The notes under the pieces were generated by a model that saw nothing but the letters and a program-made list of their open reading frames with translations, was not told the DNA's origin and made no database searches. Positions 13,132 to 28,252 of a stretch of DNA of 64,000 nt are shown here, one piece after another. Made by a program: the position numbers and the translations under genes. Origin of the DNA: the human T2T-CHM13v2.0 reference genome, Homo sapiens. The stretch lies in NCBI RefSeq assembly GCF_009914755.1, contig NC_060934.1; one strand, 5' to 3'. The stretch's first letter is position 1, and the number at the start of each line of letters is the position of its first letter.

Positions 13132-15396
13132 TATATCATCTTTCAGAAGAAAATTAAGTGTTACCGTTTGTAACTATCAGCTTCACAGACACTTAACTTC
13201 TTCTTTAATTTTCCCACTTAGAACCTAAAGTATATTTCTGTAAATGGGCACAACAGCTGGATCCCGACGTAATGACATTGATTTACGTTGTAAGTAACAC
13301 ACTACTGCCACCAGAGTATTTCTGGACAGTGTCTTGATAACTTTCGGTAATTTGGCTGTACCCTGTCATTCATTCCGTACATGTTTATTGAGCATCTATT
13401 ATATGCTAGAAATGACATGAGCTATGGAAAATATGAACATGAAAAATAAAGAGCCCACAGATTAGTGACAAAGACAGAGAAGAAACAAATGCCTTCGATA
13501 CAGTCTTTTGTACGTCAAAGTTTTTAGCCCTCTTGACAGTGGCTTGAGAGACCAGGTGTACAGACTTCTTTCGGGCTCAGGTCCTGCAAGTTGTGGGATG
13601 GGGGCCAGGATAATTTGCCACCAGCAAGCTTGGATTCAGCCACCTGCTGCTGCCCAGAATGCGATCCAACCTTTCCCAGTGAAAATGCAACCTTAGGAGT
13701 CAGGACCCAGGCAAGAGGGGGAGTGTGTAAAGACCTACACTGTATTCCACTAAGAACAAATAACTAATCACACAGCAGAACCTCTGGTATATAAACAAAG
13801 ACATCCAGGCTGAACACAACCCCACCGGCGATATGTACCTCCGAGTGTACACCAGGGTATATAAAAAGTTATCCAAATGTCTGTTGCCTTTGACATTTGA
13901 TCAATCACTATTGGAGTTTTCATCAACTTGTTCAGACTATATACCATGGATCTTTGCTGGGTGGATTAAGGTTTTGAATGTATTGCTTGTGTATTTCATC
14001 ATGCAGTCAAAATCCACCTCCCACATAAGCCTGTTGTTGGATAGAGCTCCCAGTCATGAAAGTCTGTCCTCTTTTTCTCCCCTTCTATTTCTTGGTATTA
14101 ATTTCAGCTTAATCAAGTCTTCTGGCCCTGTGATTCCAGGAACAGTTGGGTTCTGGCTAAAAGCAAAAGAGAAAACCGCCTGTTTCAGTCGCATAAGGTG
14201 ATGTGGCAAGAACTTGTTTCTGAGGAATCCAAGATCTAGCCATTTTCAGCAGTGGTCATAGGGGACTGGAACGGGGGCGCCACCTGCAGGCTAAGGGGGA
14301 AAACACAGAGCGAGAAACTGAACCTTGCTTTAGGGGACAGGCATTTAAAGGCAAAGGAAATTCAGTCCCTCTGTGATAGACAGTAATGAACTCAGCAGGC
14401 TGTCTTGTAGATAAATATGCATGAGAATGCATCGTTGGAAGAGCTCTCACGTATTCCCTTCATTCCTGCCTTTTGGAGTTTCAGAATGTTTTACATTTTA
14501 TGTTCATTTATATTTTTCTTTGTCAGAGTATGGAGATCCTAAAATCATCTGCCAGGGTATTTGCTGCTTCTTGGTACTGCTTGCTGCTCTTTTCAGAGAG
14601 AGCAGTGCCAGGTAAAATATTCTGCATTCTCATAAGAAGAGGTGAATGTCATTGCGTTCCCTGTTAATATGAGGCAGGGAAGGACGCTCTGGCCCGGAGC
14701 CGGAGTCCTCACACCACTTTGGTCTCTGTCCTTTCTAGCAGATCTAAATATCTACTCTGTCTACACCCTGTTTTTACAGAAACACCAGTGCTAGTCTAGA
14801 ATGAAGGCAACATTGACAGCAGTGATGATCAAACGTTCGTTTTTCAATATGCCATGAAAAATAACTTGGTCCAAAATAAAATTCTGTCCTTATATTTCTA
14901 TTTAGATGTATACCTCCCATAAAGGTAAAATGTTTTTCTCAGACGTAATTTCAGATTTTCTGTGTGCCCTACCAACAGATCAGGTTTCTCCTAAGTTTTT
15001 CAGTGGAAAATGTGATCGGCAAATGTATCAGCTGTTCCTCTGTTAGCTTTGTTGATTGATGCTTTTGAGGGGCAGAGTAGGTTTATTTGCTGATTTGTGC
15101 ATTTTATCAGGTACAAAGGACATAGCAGATGTGGAAGATGCTTTTAAGAACTTCACCAAGAAGCTTGAGGGCCACCCTAAGGGAAGCTCCGCTCTCCTTC
15201 AACTGAAGCTCTCCAGGGACAATAGGAGCTGATGTTTTTGGAAGCGTCACACTGCTGGGGTCAGTGTTGCAGGTTCAGGAATGTCAGGATGCAGCCCTGT
15301 GTCTAGAGTACTCACAGCTAGGACAGGCGCACACATAACTATAATACCAAGCCAGCCTGCAGCAGCGCCATGGAGGGGCACACAGGGTGAAGAAGG

Positions 15397-15762
15397 GTGT
15401 CTTAGCTGGAATTGCTACAACAGAACGCTGTAGACTGGGCAGCTTCAATGTGGATGTGTATTTCTCACAGTTCTGGAGGGTGGAAGTTCCAGAGCAAGGT
15501 GGTGGCTGATTCACTTCCTGGTGAGGGCTCTCTTCCTGGTTTGCAGACGGCCTCCTTCTCACTGTGTTCTCACATGGTGGACAAAAAGAGGGCTCTGGCG
15601 TCTCTTCTTATAGGGACACTAATCGCATCCTGGGGGCCCCATTTGTTTGACATCATCTAACCTGATCGTCTCCCAAAGGCTCCATCTCCTAATACCATCA
15701 TACTGGGGGTTAGGGTTTCGTGTGTATTTAGGGGTAGGGGAGACTAACATTCAGTCCATAAC
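15397..15762 (-). mobile_element. MLT1A-like MaLR solo LTR
   Basis: tttctcacagttctggagg ... aacattcagtccataac. Confidence 0.85.
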
Positions 15763-15967
15763 GGAGGGGAAGATTCAGCTGTAGGATTATCAGGCTCAGA
15801 GAATTAGACTCTATTATCTCCCCCGCCTACACACACACCCCTGTACTGATGAGAAAAGTAAAGCAGCGAAGGGGAGGGTACTGAGCTTAGCAGCAGCCAG
15901 CTTCATTGTCAGTTCCATACCTGGGAGAGCCTCAGAGCCCACCCTCTGTGAAAGGAGGGAGGCATGA

Positions 15968-16270
<303 letters not shown>

Positions 16271-17423
16271 AGTGAGTGCTGCTTTTAAGAAGTCAAATGA
16301 TAGGCAACTTGTGGACGATGCCTTTAGTTTATCTAAGTCCTGTTTCAGCTTTGAGGTTTCCATGAGTTGCGTTTTACCCTGAGGTTGGTGAAGTGCAGCA
16401 TTGGGTTAACTTTGCTCCCACGAATTCCAGGGGTGCCCATTGCTAACTGGCTTCTCACAGCAATGACATTTGAGGCCGGAATGGTCTCTCTGTCGGCACG
16501 GTACACAGTTGTTCACTGGTGGCTTATTGGTCAGATCAAAAACCAAAAAGAAACAGGGAGGGAATGCGGACTAGGATCCATGTTTGTAGAAATCTGAGCA
16601 GGGAGAAAGGAAGAAAGGAGGATTGGGGGACCCCTACATGTCCTCCCTTCAGTTGCAGATGTTTGTTAGGATGTGGTCAGATGTGGGGAAGGGCAGGTGG
16701 CCATGGAAGCAGGGCCCCCAACAAGTGGCATTCACCTGGATGGATGCCCCACAGCCCAGCATCTAGACTTCAGCTGGTTTGTCAACACACCAAGTGTGGA
16801 TGCTTTTGTTGGAACAGAATCCCTCAACAGAGACAGAATGCCAGTATTATTGATTCATAATAAAATGTATAATTATCCAGTGGGCTCATGTTGGCTAAGT
16901 AGCATCGTCTTTCCCCTTTAGGGCAAAAATACTTAGAAAGGCAAACTGTAATCAGAAGATCGCTTGGATGGATGGGATCAGAGCAGGAGGAGGGAACGGG
17001 GTTATGTTGACAGCTGGTACCATCAGGCTGTGATAGCTGGTCTGGAACCCTCACCTCCACTGTAAGGACATCCCTGCCACAGCCCATGGTCACGGCATGT
17101 AGCCAGGACTCTGCTTTCCCAGTGGTCCTGTGGAGGGGCTGCTGACTCGGAAGGTGGTGGGCTTCTCTAAGTCTCTTATCCATGGTCACCCTGCTGACCG
17201 ACCCCACCGTCACCCCCCACCCCCGTAGGCATAGACATATTATATCTTTAGAATATGAATCCAGACAACCGTCTACCTTCATACATGGCATAGTCCCCAA
17301 AACATGCACCCCTGTGCAAAATGGAACAGTACACTTACATGCTCCCAGCCCAGAGAGGTTTAAAAGTATATTTATATTTTTAATTATAATTTTAAAATAA
17401 AAAGTATATTTATATATTTATAA

Positions 17424-17752
<329 letters not shown>

Positions 17753-17756
17753 TTAA

Positions 17757-17760
<4 letters not shown>

Positions 17761-17806
<46 letters not shown>
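17761..17806. repeat. (CA)23 microsatellite
   Basis: Perfect dinucleotide run. Confidence 0.97.
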
Positions 17807-17808
<2 letters not shown>

Positions 17809-17834
17809 GTCTGATTATCCCTGGTCTTTTAGTT

Positions 17835-18185
17835 ACCTTTTTTTATTGATACATAATGCTTCTACCTATTTATGGGGTATATGTGATGTTTACTCGCATA
17901 GAATGTGTAATGATCAAGTATCATTACTTCGAATATTTGTCTTTTCTGTGTTGGGAACACCTCAAGTCCTCTCTTCTAGCTATTTTGGAATATACAGTGC
18001 AGTATTGTTAACCAAAGTCCCCCTACTCTGCTATGGAACATTAGAACTATTCCTTCTATCGAACTGTATGTCTGTATCCACTCACCAATCCCCTCAGACG
18101 CCCCCTACACCCTTCCAGCCTCTGGTATCTATCATTCTACTCTCTACCTCCTTGAGATCCACTTTCTCAGCTACCACGTATGAGT
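17835..18185 (-). mobile_element. L1MA 3' end fragment
   Basis: ttattgatacataat ... atcattctactctctacctccttgagatc. Confidence 0.75.
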
Positions 18186-18724
18186 CGTCACAGTTCTTGA
18201 TGATATATTTCCCCATGCCTATAGCTTTTTGCTTTTCATTCTTTTATAACTAAATCTGAACATTGGCCTACCTAGATTCCAGTGAGCACCCAATTGGTCA
18301 CTTCTGTTCTGTGTGATCATTTCCATCTTTGTCTCTTCTCAAATGCATGACTACTGCGATATCTTCATTTCTTATCACTAGCTGCTTCAGGTGCATTTTA
18401 TCATTTTCCTCTTTTAAAATAAATAATAGGAAAATGCCCCAAATATTCAACAAACAGTTGAACAAATACTGCTCTGTAGATGGATACAGCCATTCTGTGC
18501 AAACTTAACTTTTGGCTTGAAGTGATTGGCACAATACAAGGCTCAAATTATTTGTGGGAAAATCTAGCTTTTGCATACAAAACGTGATGTCACCTTTTAT
18601 GTTATGTGATATAACATAGTATGCTATGTTTTCAAAAGTTAAATAGACAAAAGTTAGGGAAGTTGATAACCACAATCAGATTATACTTGGATCTCGGGGG
18701 GAGAAGTGTGGGATGGCATTTGCC

Positions 18725-19010
18725 TTTTTTTTTTTTTTTTTAGATGAAGTCTCTCTCTCGCCCAGGCTGGAGTGCAGTGGTGCAATCTCGGCTCATTGCA
18801 GCCTCCGCCTCCCGGGTTCAAGCCTCAGCCTCCCAAGTAGCTGGGATTACAGGTGCGCGCCACGATGCCTAGCTAATTTCTGTATTTTTAGTAGAGACAG
18901 GGTTTCACCATGTTGGCCAGGCTGGTCTCAAACTCCTAACCTCAAGTGATCCACCCGCCCCAGCCTCCCACAAGTGCTAGGATTACAGGTGTGAGCCACT
19001 GCGCCCGGCC
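18725..19010 (-). mobile_element. AluS
   Basis: Full Alu with a small internal deletion at about 18822. Confidence 0.93.
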
Positions 19011-19192
19011 CATTTTGCTTATTTTAATAAATTCAGTAAATAGTTATTGAGTGCTTGCTGTGCGTCAGGCTCAGTGCTAAGCATCTATCGTCAAGTTCTA
19101 GGAAGGGGGAGAATGAGGGGACACCTTCCTGGCGCCTCTATGATACCGCCTCGCACTTTATCTCTCTGAAGTGGTTTTGAAATCCCTTAGAC

Positions 19193-19385
19193 CAGGGACT
19201 CTCAGCCTTGGCGCTGTTGACATCTGGGGCTGGAGAATTCTTTGCTGCAGAGGATGTCTTGTGTATTGTAGGATGTTTATCAGCACCCCTGGCTTCCACC
19301 CACTAGATGCCAGTAGCATCCCCGGTCTCCAAACATTGTCATATGTCCCCTGCGGGACAGAATCACCCCAGCTTGAGAACCATTG
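19193..19385. mobile_element. MER20 (hAT-Charlie)
   Basis: tctcagccttggcgctgttgacat ... cacccactagatgccagtagca ... ttgagaaccattg. Confidence 0.85.
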
Positions 19386-20551
19386 CATCAGACCCTCCGG
19401 CTTTCTTGACTTTGCCAGAAAAATTTGCACTGGGCCTGCCTACTGTTCCGTCTAGTGTTGTACGTGTTGAGCCAATTTGTTCAAAAGCCTCAGAGTGGTG
19501 CATGGGAGACAGAGGGGCTCTGAGAATGAAAATGCATTTGGTTCATAGCAATAAGTATGTGCCGTGTCATGAGAACTTCTCACACCTAGTGTTTTGCACA
19601 CCCAGCACCCTGCACCTTCTTTGCCCCATTTCCATCCCCCGAGATGAAGGCTACGACTGCGTCATGTGAATTGGAACAATTCAACTAAATTAACAGTATG
19701 GCATCATGCAGAGAGTGGGCCTGGAACACTGGCTGAATTTTTTTTAACTATATTTCTGGAATTGAACTGGTATCTTGACCCAGTGTGCATGCTTAGCGTG
19801 GTGTTCACTGCAATTCGTGATGGGAGTAGAGGCCAGGCTGGTACCATCACCCGCGGCCCGGCTGTCGGGACTCTCTTACTAGAGCAAGGAGGGGAGCAAG
19901 GGAAAGCGTGAACTGGCAGCACCAGATCCTGTGAGCAATGCTTCTACCCAGATAAATCAGGGTATATGTATTCACAGAGGATACACTGTGATATTTTCTC
20001 ATTTTAAATGTATTGGTCAGTGTTAAAAACAGAATGCCATTACTTGAGGAGTAGTCCAGTGATAATGTACATTTCAGTCTTTTATTACATTTGGTTTAAA
20101 GTATTATTCAGCAGACATAATATCTTTTTAAAAAGCAGTCTTTGTATTGGTTTTGTAAGTAATTTTAAAAATTACATTTTGATTTTCAACATTTACTCCA
20201 ATTTTTTGGTACATGTTTATAGCCAAGTTATGCTTTCACAGTGAACTATAAGGGAAATAATGAGGAACTCTTAACTGCTTGTTCCTCTTGGTTGCCAGTA
20301 AAATCAGTATAATTAGGCTTTCATGAAAGCCACCGGATAGTCCTTATAAAAAAATAATCACCACCATTCCCAGTAATATATTCACTGCCAGGCAGCTTGG
20401 AGTAATGGAGACATTGGAAGAAAAATAGGCGAAGTTATTGTTAGCAGAACTGCCTCTTACTCAAGGCCACTATCTGAAGTTTGGAAGTGGTCTTTTCTCC
20501 TTCCTGATGAGAACAATACATGTACATTTTTCTCCACGAAAAAAAGATTTT

Positions 20552-20918
<367 letters not shown>

Positions 20919-22124
20919 ATGCAAAGAAAGAAATTTCAGCATTGAAAGATATAGATACTATACTGAAATCATTAACTAGTGCAGTGTGTCATTATAGACC
21001 TGAAAGGGCATATTTCATACTAAATTATTTTTATTCACAATGCTTAGGAGTTGAAATTTTCTTTTTCTAAGTAGGAGCTTCTCTTCTACCATTCTTTTCT
21101 GACCCCTTACAAAGTAAGGGCAGGATCCAAAGCTCGTCAAACCCGTGTGTCATTTCAGCAAGCCGTTGACTCATGTTTTTTGGATCGATTTCTAGTTTTG
21201 TAATGATTGGGTTGTCTCATGTTAAAACATGCAGTCTTGAAATAGGGTTCGAAAGACAACTTTTAATGATTCACAGACACTATTTGGTTTCTTTTAAGCA
21301 GGTAGAAAAAATACCAGAATCACCACTCACCTTGAATTTTGGCTTGATTTGTCTAAATTGCAATATTTGATTTTTATACAGCATAAGAAAGTTTCTCGTC
21401 AACTCTGGTGTATCTTACGCCATTTGCTTCAGTGACGGTACCCACAAGGTGGGAATCTTATGGCTAAAAGGATTTTAATTAGTAGACACTCAAGCCACCA
21501 GATGGCTCCCTTAGGTTTAAAAATCTCCACCTGGGGGAAATAAATGGACTTTTCCCGAGTAAATTTAGAATAATGCCCTAAACTTGTAATGTGAGCAGGT
21601 CTTCAGAGTTTCGAGCTGAAGTTACAGGTTTAGAGTTGTCCGTTGGAGGTTTTTGTTTCTTCGTTTAATGATTTAAAAACAGGTTATGATACAAGATCTT
21701 CAAAATGGTTTTACCACATGCATCATGACTTAGAATCTTCGTTGGCTCTTTTGGTTTTTTTCATTCAAAGTTGAAATGCCTCACCTCTTCTTTCTTTTTC
21801 TCTCTACTAACCATTTTCTACTGAGCACACCGTACCTTATCAGTCTCATAACTGGGCCACCTAACTCTCCCTAAGACAGCACTAGGAGTTGACACCCAGA
21901 GAATCTGTAAGTCATGTACTGCTCATCTAACGAACAGTCCCTGCTAGCCTTGCCTGCTTCTTTTGCATAGACCCCACTCTTGGGCACTTCCACATCTGCT
22001 AAGTCCACTGAAACCCAGTGGGGTAGATTCATCTCATCAAAAAGAAATAGAGACAAGGTACGACAATTACACGATTTTTGACCGAAGGTTCTCATGGGAA
22101 GTTCCCCATTAAAATTGTTATAGA

Positions 22125-22442
22125 GGCCGGGCACAGTGCTCACATCTGTAATCCCAGCACTTTGGGAGGCTGAGGCGGGTGGATCACCTGAGGTCAGGAG
22201 TTCGAGACCAGCCTGGCCAACATGATGAAACCCCGTCTCTACTAAAAAGACAAAAAGTAACCAGGCGTGATGGTGCATGCCTGTAATCCCAGCTACTTGG
22301 GAGGCTGAGGCAGGAGGATCACTTGAACCTAAGAGGTGGAGGTTGCAGTGAGCCGAGATCACACCAACTGCACTCCAGCCTGGGCAACAGAGTGAGACTG
22401 TGCCTCAGGAAAAAAAAAAAGAAAAGAAAAAAGAAAAGAAAA
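22125..22442 (+). mobile_element. AluS
   Basis: Full Alu. Confidence 0.94.
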
Positions 22443-22904
22443 CTGTAAAAAGAATTTCCCTCATTTCATGAATGCACCACCCTAGGTCTCTTGTATCAAG
22501 AGAAATCTGGGAGGAAACACTTTCCTGGCGCCTGTGGGCAGGGGTGAGGCAGGAAGGAGTGAGTAGGCTGGATTGAGCAATCTTCAACAGAATCCTGTTT
22601 CACTTTTTAGGGTTAGAGCCACTTTGCACTAACCTTTCCACTGACAGAACCACTCACTAGGAAACTGAAGGAACTCAGGAAGAACCCAATGCCAGCACTG
22701 AACCACTGCGTCCCTGCCACTCTTACTCCTCCTCCTTCAGGGAGCACTTTTTACCTGGCAAGGCTGTTTCACAGTTATCCCAGGATGAAACCTATGGATA
22801 ACACTCTTTTAGCAGGTGTAGAGACTAGAAAATAATTGCTCATCGCATCCCAGCCTTTAGATTCCAGTCCTCTGGGAAGTGTGGTTGAGAAGGGGACAGT
22901 TGCG

Positions 22905-23097
22905 AGCAATCCAGCTCGAGTTTTAGCACACAGAAGAATTACCTGAGGGTATCACTAAAGCAAAGGTTGCTGGGCCCTGCCTTCTGAGATGCTGATTCAG
23001 TGGGTCTGGGTAGGAAAGGAGGCATGAATTTGCATCTAGAACAAGCTCCCATGTGATACCAAGGACTGGTCCAAGGACAACCCTTTGAGTAGCAAGA
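22905..23097. mobile_element. MER5A-like hAT MITE
   Basis: ctgattcagtgggtctggg ... aatttgcat..aacaagctccca. Confidence 0.7.
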
Positions 23098-24508
23098 CCT
23101 TTAAGAACATGCTTCTAATACCCAGCTGTTGTCACCTGGAAGGAGGGATGCCTTTGGAGGTGAACAACAGAGCCACTCAAACCCTTTTCCATCTGAACCA
23201 CAGAGGACTGGATGTCACTCAGGACTCATGACTTGAATTAGGGTATAAAAGAACCCAGCCTGGTCCGTCTGCAGAATTCCTAGCGAAGAGTCACTCTTGG
23301 GGTATCAATGAGAGAAGAGGCTGGGCATCAGAGCATCATGGAGACAATGTGCCTCTTGGTCTTAGGCCTTCATTTACAGATGATTTTAGACAGTCCCATT
23401 AAAGACACAGTTCCCTTGAACTTCACAGACATGCTGAGTGATGACAAACCTTGGCAGGTCTGTGACCAGTTTCTTCCAACCAGTTACTTCTAGGCATTCC
23501 TACTAATCTTTCAACCCACTCATTGCTTAAGGGTAATAAGATCTAGAGATGACGTGGTAGATAAGACTGTTGACACATTCTCTAATCTTAGCTAAGCAAA
23601 CAGAGACTCATTGTCCCAAGCCAGTGGCTGGCACAGTGCCCTGAATGTCTTAACAGAGTTTGACAGGGAAATAGGAGCCCTTCAACCCTTTTTTGAGATT
23701 GAAACTACAAGAGTGAGAAGATTATTTTTCCCTCTCGAATGGCCCCGAAGAATCAATAAGGATTCAAGGGTTTTCCTCTCCACGGTAAGGAGATTGTTCT
23801 TGGCAAGTTATGCTGAGAAGCCTGTTGTGTGCCTTGTCCTCCCTCAGTCATTTCAGCCTTAGAATTGAATTAACTGCAGGCCCAAGGACATAAATGAACC
23901 ACGTGAGTCATTTTTCAAAAGTGAACGACAGGGCACCTGTCTTCTGGAATTGGTGAATCCATTCAGCGGAGACTCTTGACAAGGCTTTGTGTGAGATGAT
24001 ATAAATAGGCCCTGACCTGCAGGGCTTTTGTTGTCTTTGGGTGAGATAGAGACATTTGTACACAAATAATCACAAACTGGCTAAACTGTGCCACGTGATT
24101 AGCAAACATGCGCATGCCCAATCAGCGAGATCTTCACGGTCAAGGGGCTAATGTCTAGAGAAGCTTGGACGTACAGAATAGCGTGGCCGTTAGTCTTATA
24201 TCCTGTCGTGGTTCCCCACACATTTCAATTACTCGATAAGTAATTCGAGACCAGTCACAGGCTTTTTTCTCACTTAATGGACAGCCTTGATGAGGGCTAG
24301 CAATTTCTTCACTTCTTGTTCCAAATATAACCAACTTATAAAAACACCTTCTGGAACTCCATACAGGGAAGAATAGGATTTAATCACAGGAAATGTATCG
24401 GCGGGCTGTGCATTACTCAATTTAGCACTGTTGGGAGCAGATCAAAATCTGGGATCCATGGTATTAGATGGCTCCAAGCTTCAAAATTTTGTGTTCTTTC
24501 ACTGGCTA

Positions 24509-24557
24509 CCATCCACCATCCATCCATCCATCCATCCATCCATCTATCCATCCATCC
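24509..24557. repeat. (CCAT)n tetranucleotide repeat at an L2 tail
   Basis: Direct reading; followed by L2 3' end (atatttactgagc..ctaggtgccagg) to about 24665. Confidence 0.85.
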
Positions 24558-24999
24558 AAAAAATATTTACTGAGCAGCTACTAGGTGCCAGGGCCTTTGT
24601 AGGCATCAGGAATATAGTAGTGAACAAAATAGACAAGGACCCTGTGCTCACAGAGCTTATTACCTAGCAGAGGGTAACCCGTAGTAACAGGTACACACAT
24701 GCATGAACTAGGTGCCTCCAGATAGTAGTCATTAGGCCACATGGCTCGATGGGAAATGACTAGGGGGAGATTAGGGTTGTGTGGACCAGTGCCTCCTTTG
24801 ATAGACAAGCACTGGTTACGGACATGGCCCTAGACTCCAGGTGTCAGAATTACCACTGTAGACCTAATGTCTATAACAGAGGTTTTAGACAGTAGGAGTT
24901 TTTAACAGTAGGAGTTACTGAAACCCCTCGCTGCCTTCTAAGTGCAGCAGGCTCTATAACAAGAGGGGGCTCTGTTTCCCTAAGTGAGGTAGCTTTCTG

Positions 25000-25140
25000 A
25001 GGTCTCTTTTATAAGGGCGTTAATCCCATTCACAATGGCTCCACCCTCATGACCTAATCACCTCCACAGGCCCCCCATTCCTAACACCATCACCTTGGGT
25101 GTTAGGATTTCAGTATATGCATTTTGGGAGACAGTCCATG
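25000..25140 (-). mobile_element. MaLR (MLT1/MST) LTR fragment
   Basis: taatcccattcac..ctccaccctcatgacctaatcacctcc. Confidence 0.8.
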
Positions 25141-25161
25141 GTAGACTTTAAGATAACTCCA

Positions 25162-25478
<317 letters not shown>

Positions 25479-26730
25479 TAACTCCAAAGAATTTGAAAAG
25501 TAGTGTAAGTTACAAAGTTATCCCCTAGAAGTTATAGAAATTTGCCCTTCAGCATCCTCATCTGTAAGTGGAGAAAATGATACTTCATAGAGAAGTTATG
25601 AGGAATTCTTAGCCAAACACTGGGCACACAATAGCCATTTGGCAAATGTTGGTTTCTTCCCCTCCGGCCTACCAAAGGATCTGGACGAGGTCAGTTCAAA
25701 GGTCCTTACCATTTAAACTTGAAGCTATAAGATTAAAATCCCTGTCCTAACAGAGTTTCTAGCATTAAGGCGGAAACAGAAATGTAAGGCATGGCCCTGA
25801 TCACTAAAAAGGATGTGATCTATTGGGAACTACTTGGAACAAGAGTGAGAAGTAGAAGAGAGTAAAGAGTCAGGAAATGTGATTTAATAAGTATGTGACA
25901 GAATATTGAAAGTGTTCATTAGTATATCTCTAACGGAGGTATAATCGGTGCTCTCGGGGCAGGTGGAAAATGGTGTGGGCTGGAATTTGAGTGTAGATGG
26001 GAAAAGGCAGAAAGGAAGGTGTTCCGGAGTCCACATGGGAGGAAGAACTATGTGAACACCACATGGGGAAAAGAAGAAATGGACGTGAAGAGGCTAAAGT
26101 CCCAGGGTGTCAGGCAGTGGGCTTGTGTATTGCAGGCCCACACGTCTTAAAGCAATCTCATTGAGTCACACTTAATTAATTGAGAATTTATCATTATTTG
26201 GAAGGAGGCAGGCTGCAGTTTGGGAGAATTGAGATTTATTAGGTGTTTGAACGGTCTGAACGGGAGAATTGTAGAATTTTTGCTTTAAAAGGAAAAGATG
26301 TCTGACCTCTTCCATGTAACAGATGAGGCATCTGCAGCTCACAAGGTTAGAAAGCTTCCCTGACCTCACACAGATGGTAAATGACAGAACCCAAACTAAT
26401 TAAATCCTGCATTTCCCTGAATCGTTTTTGGGGCATCTCATCTCAGAAAAGGAGGGGAAGGTTATCTACTTAAGGAAGGTTATCTACTGAAAATACCGCA
26501 GTAGTATTGATTACATTAAGGCATACAGGAATTGCAATATGGTACAGATGAACATGCATCTTTTGCTAATGTGTAAGCTCATCACTAATCAGCCTACTTA
26601 TGAATGAAAGCAAGACCTCCAAGAGGCAGAATAGTTACTATGTAAATTGAAAGGCATTTTTTTCTATTAAAATACATCATAAATAATTATGTTTATATCC
26701 TTGCAGTAGTTTAAAACTCTATTAGCAGGT

Positions 26731-27262
<532 letters not shown>

Positions 27263-27807
27263 TCCATTAGCAGGTTTTTAAATGTGTTTCTATCTTTTTG
27301 TCTTGGGCTGCCTTCTGTTTTAACAAAGTGAGGAAAATGGCATTCGTGTGCATGGAGAAGGGACTCTGGGGGCCAGGGTTTGTGTTCTGGGGCTTTCCGA
27401 GTCCTTGAGTGGGTTCTGGAGTCACTTAGGATAGGAGTCACTTCACTTACAGGAGTTTTGCTTGTGCAGAGGTCTCATCTGCTTTGGATTTACTACACCC
27501 ATCACTCTGCATCTTCTGGTATAAAAAATGGAATGTGATTGCTGGACAAAAGCAAAACCTTGTAAATCCACTTTAAAGAAAGCAAGTGAATACATCCCAG
27601 TTGTCCTAGACACTGAGAAGTCCTCACATTTAAATGGCTGTTTGGGAAAATATTAATACTTTGAGGAGCTTGACACCGGGCAACCGCTGTCTGAGCTTCA
27701 TAGGAAGGAGATGCTTCTGTGTGAATGAAATAAAGCCCAGCTCAGGGCAGCCTGAGTTCTGTGGGCCTTCACTTGGGTCTAGCCAGGTGACAGAATGTGA
27801 TCCGTCT

Positions 27808-27902
27808 GAGTTGGAGGCTGCAGTGAGCTACGGTCACACTGCTGCACTCCAGCCTGGGTGACAGAGCCAGACCCCATCTCTTAAAAAACCAAAAAAAAAA
27901 AA
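27808..27902 (+). mobile_element. Alu 3' fragment
   Basis: gaggctgcagtgagc ... A tail. Confidence 0.85.
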
Positions 27903-28252
27903 GTGATCTCTCCGTGTCTCAGCGTCTGCCACCTGAGATGTTTGATGTAACTGTGAAAAGAAAAAAGGCATGTTTCTTTCAACCACATCTCTTTCAACAA
28001 TCTAAACTTCACAAATGATAACCAGGCACATCCGTCTAGTGTTTTGCAGCAGAAGCAAGGGTCCCACTGTGTTTCTCCTTAGCCGTGTGGACTGGGGGCA
28101 GCTGGAGAACCCTCAGATCCGCAGTCCTCTGTGGACTCAGCTTGCAGATCCCTGCCTGGTACCTGCCCACATTGCCACAGGAGCCAGTAAGAAAATAACA
28201 GCAGGGGCTCTTTGTCAGCCATGGAAATCGGCACCCTTGGAATGCATGAATC

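Noticed and set aside
13786-13865. Two GGTATATAAA TATA-like boxes 70 bp apart, overlapping a 122-aa ORF at 13833
   Set aside because: No other promoter elements, the ORF has no recognisable homology, and 10-bp AT-rich matches are plausible by chance.
15360-15382. CAGCGCCATGGAGGGGCAC resembling a REST/RE1 site
   Set aside because: The right half-site GGACAG is not matched.
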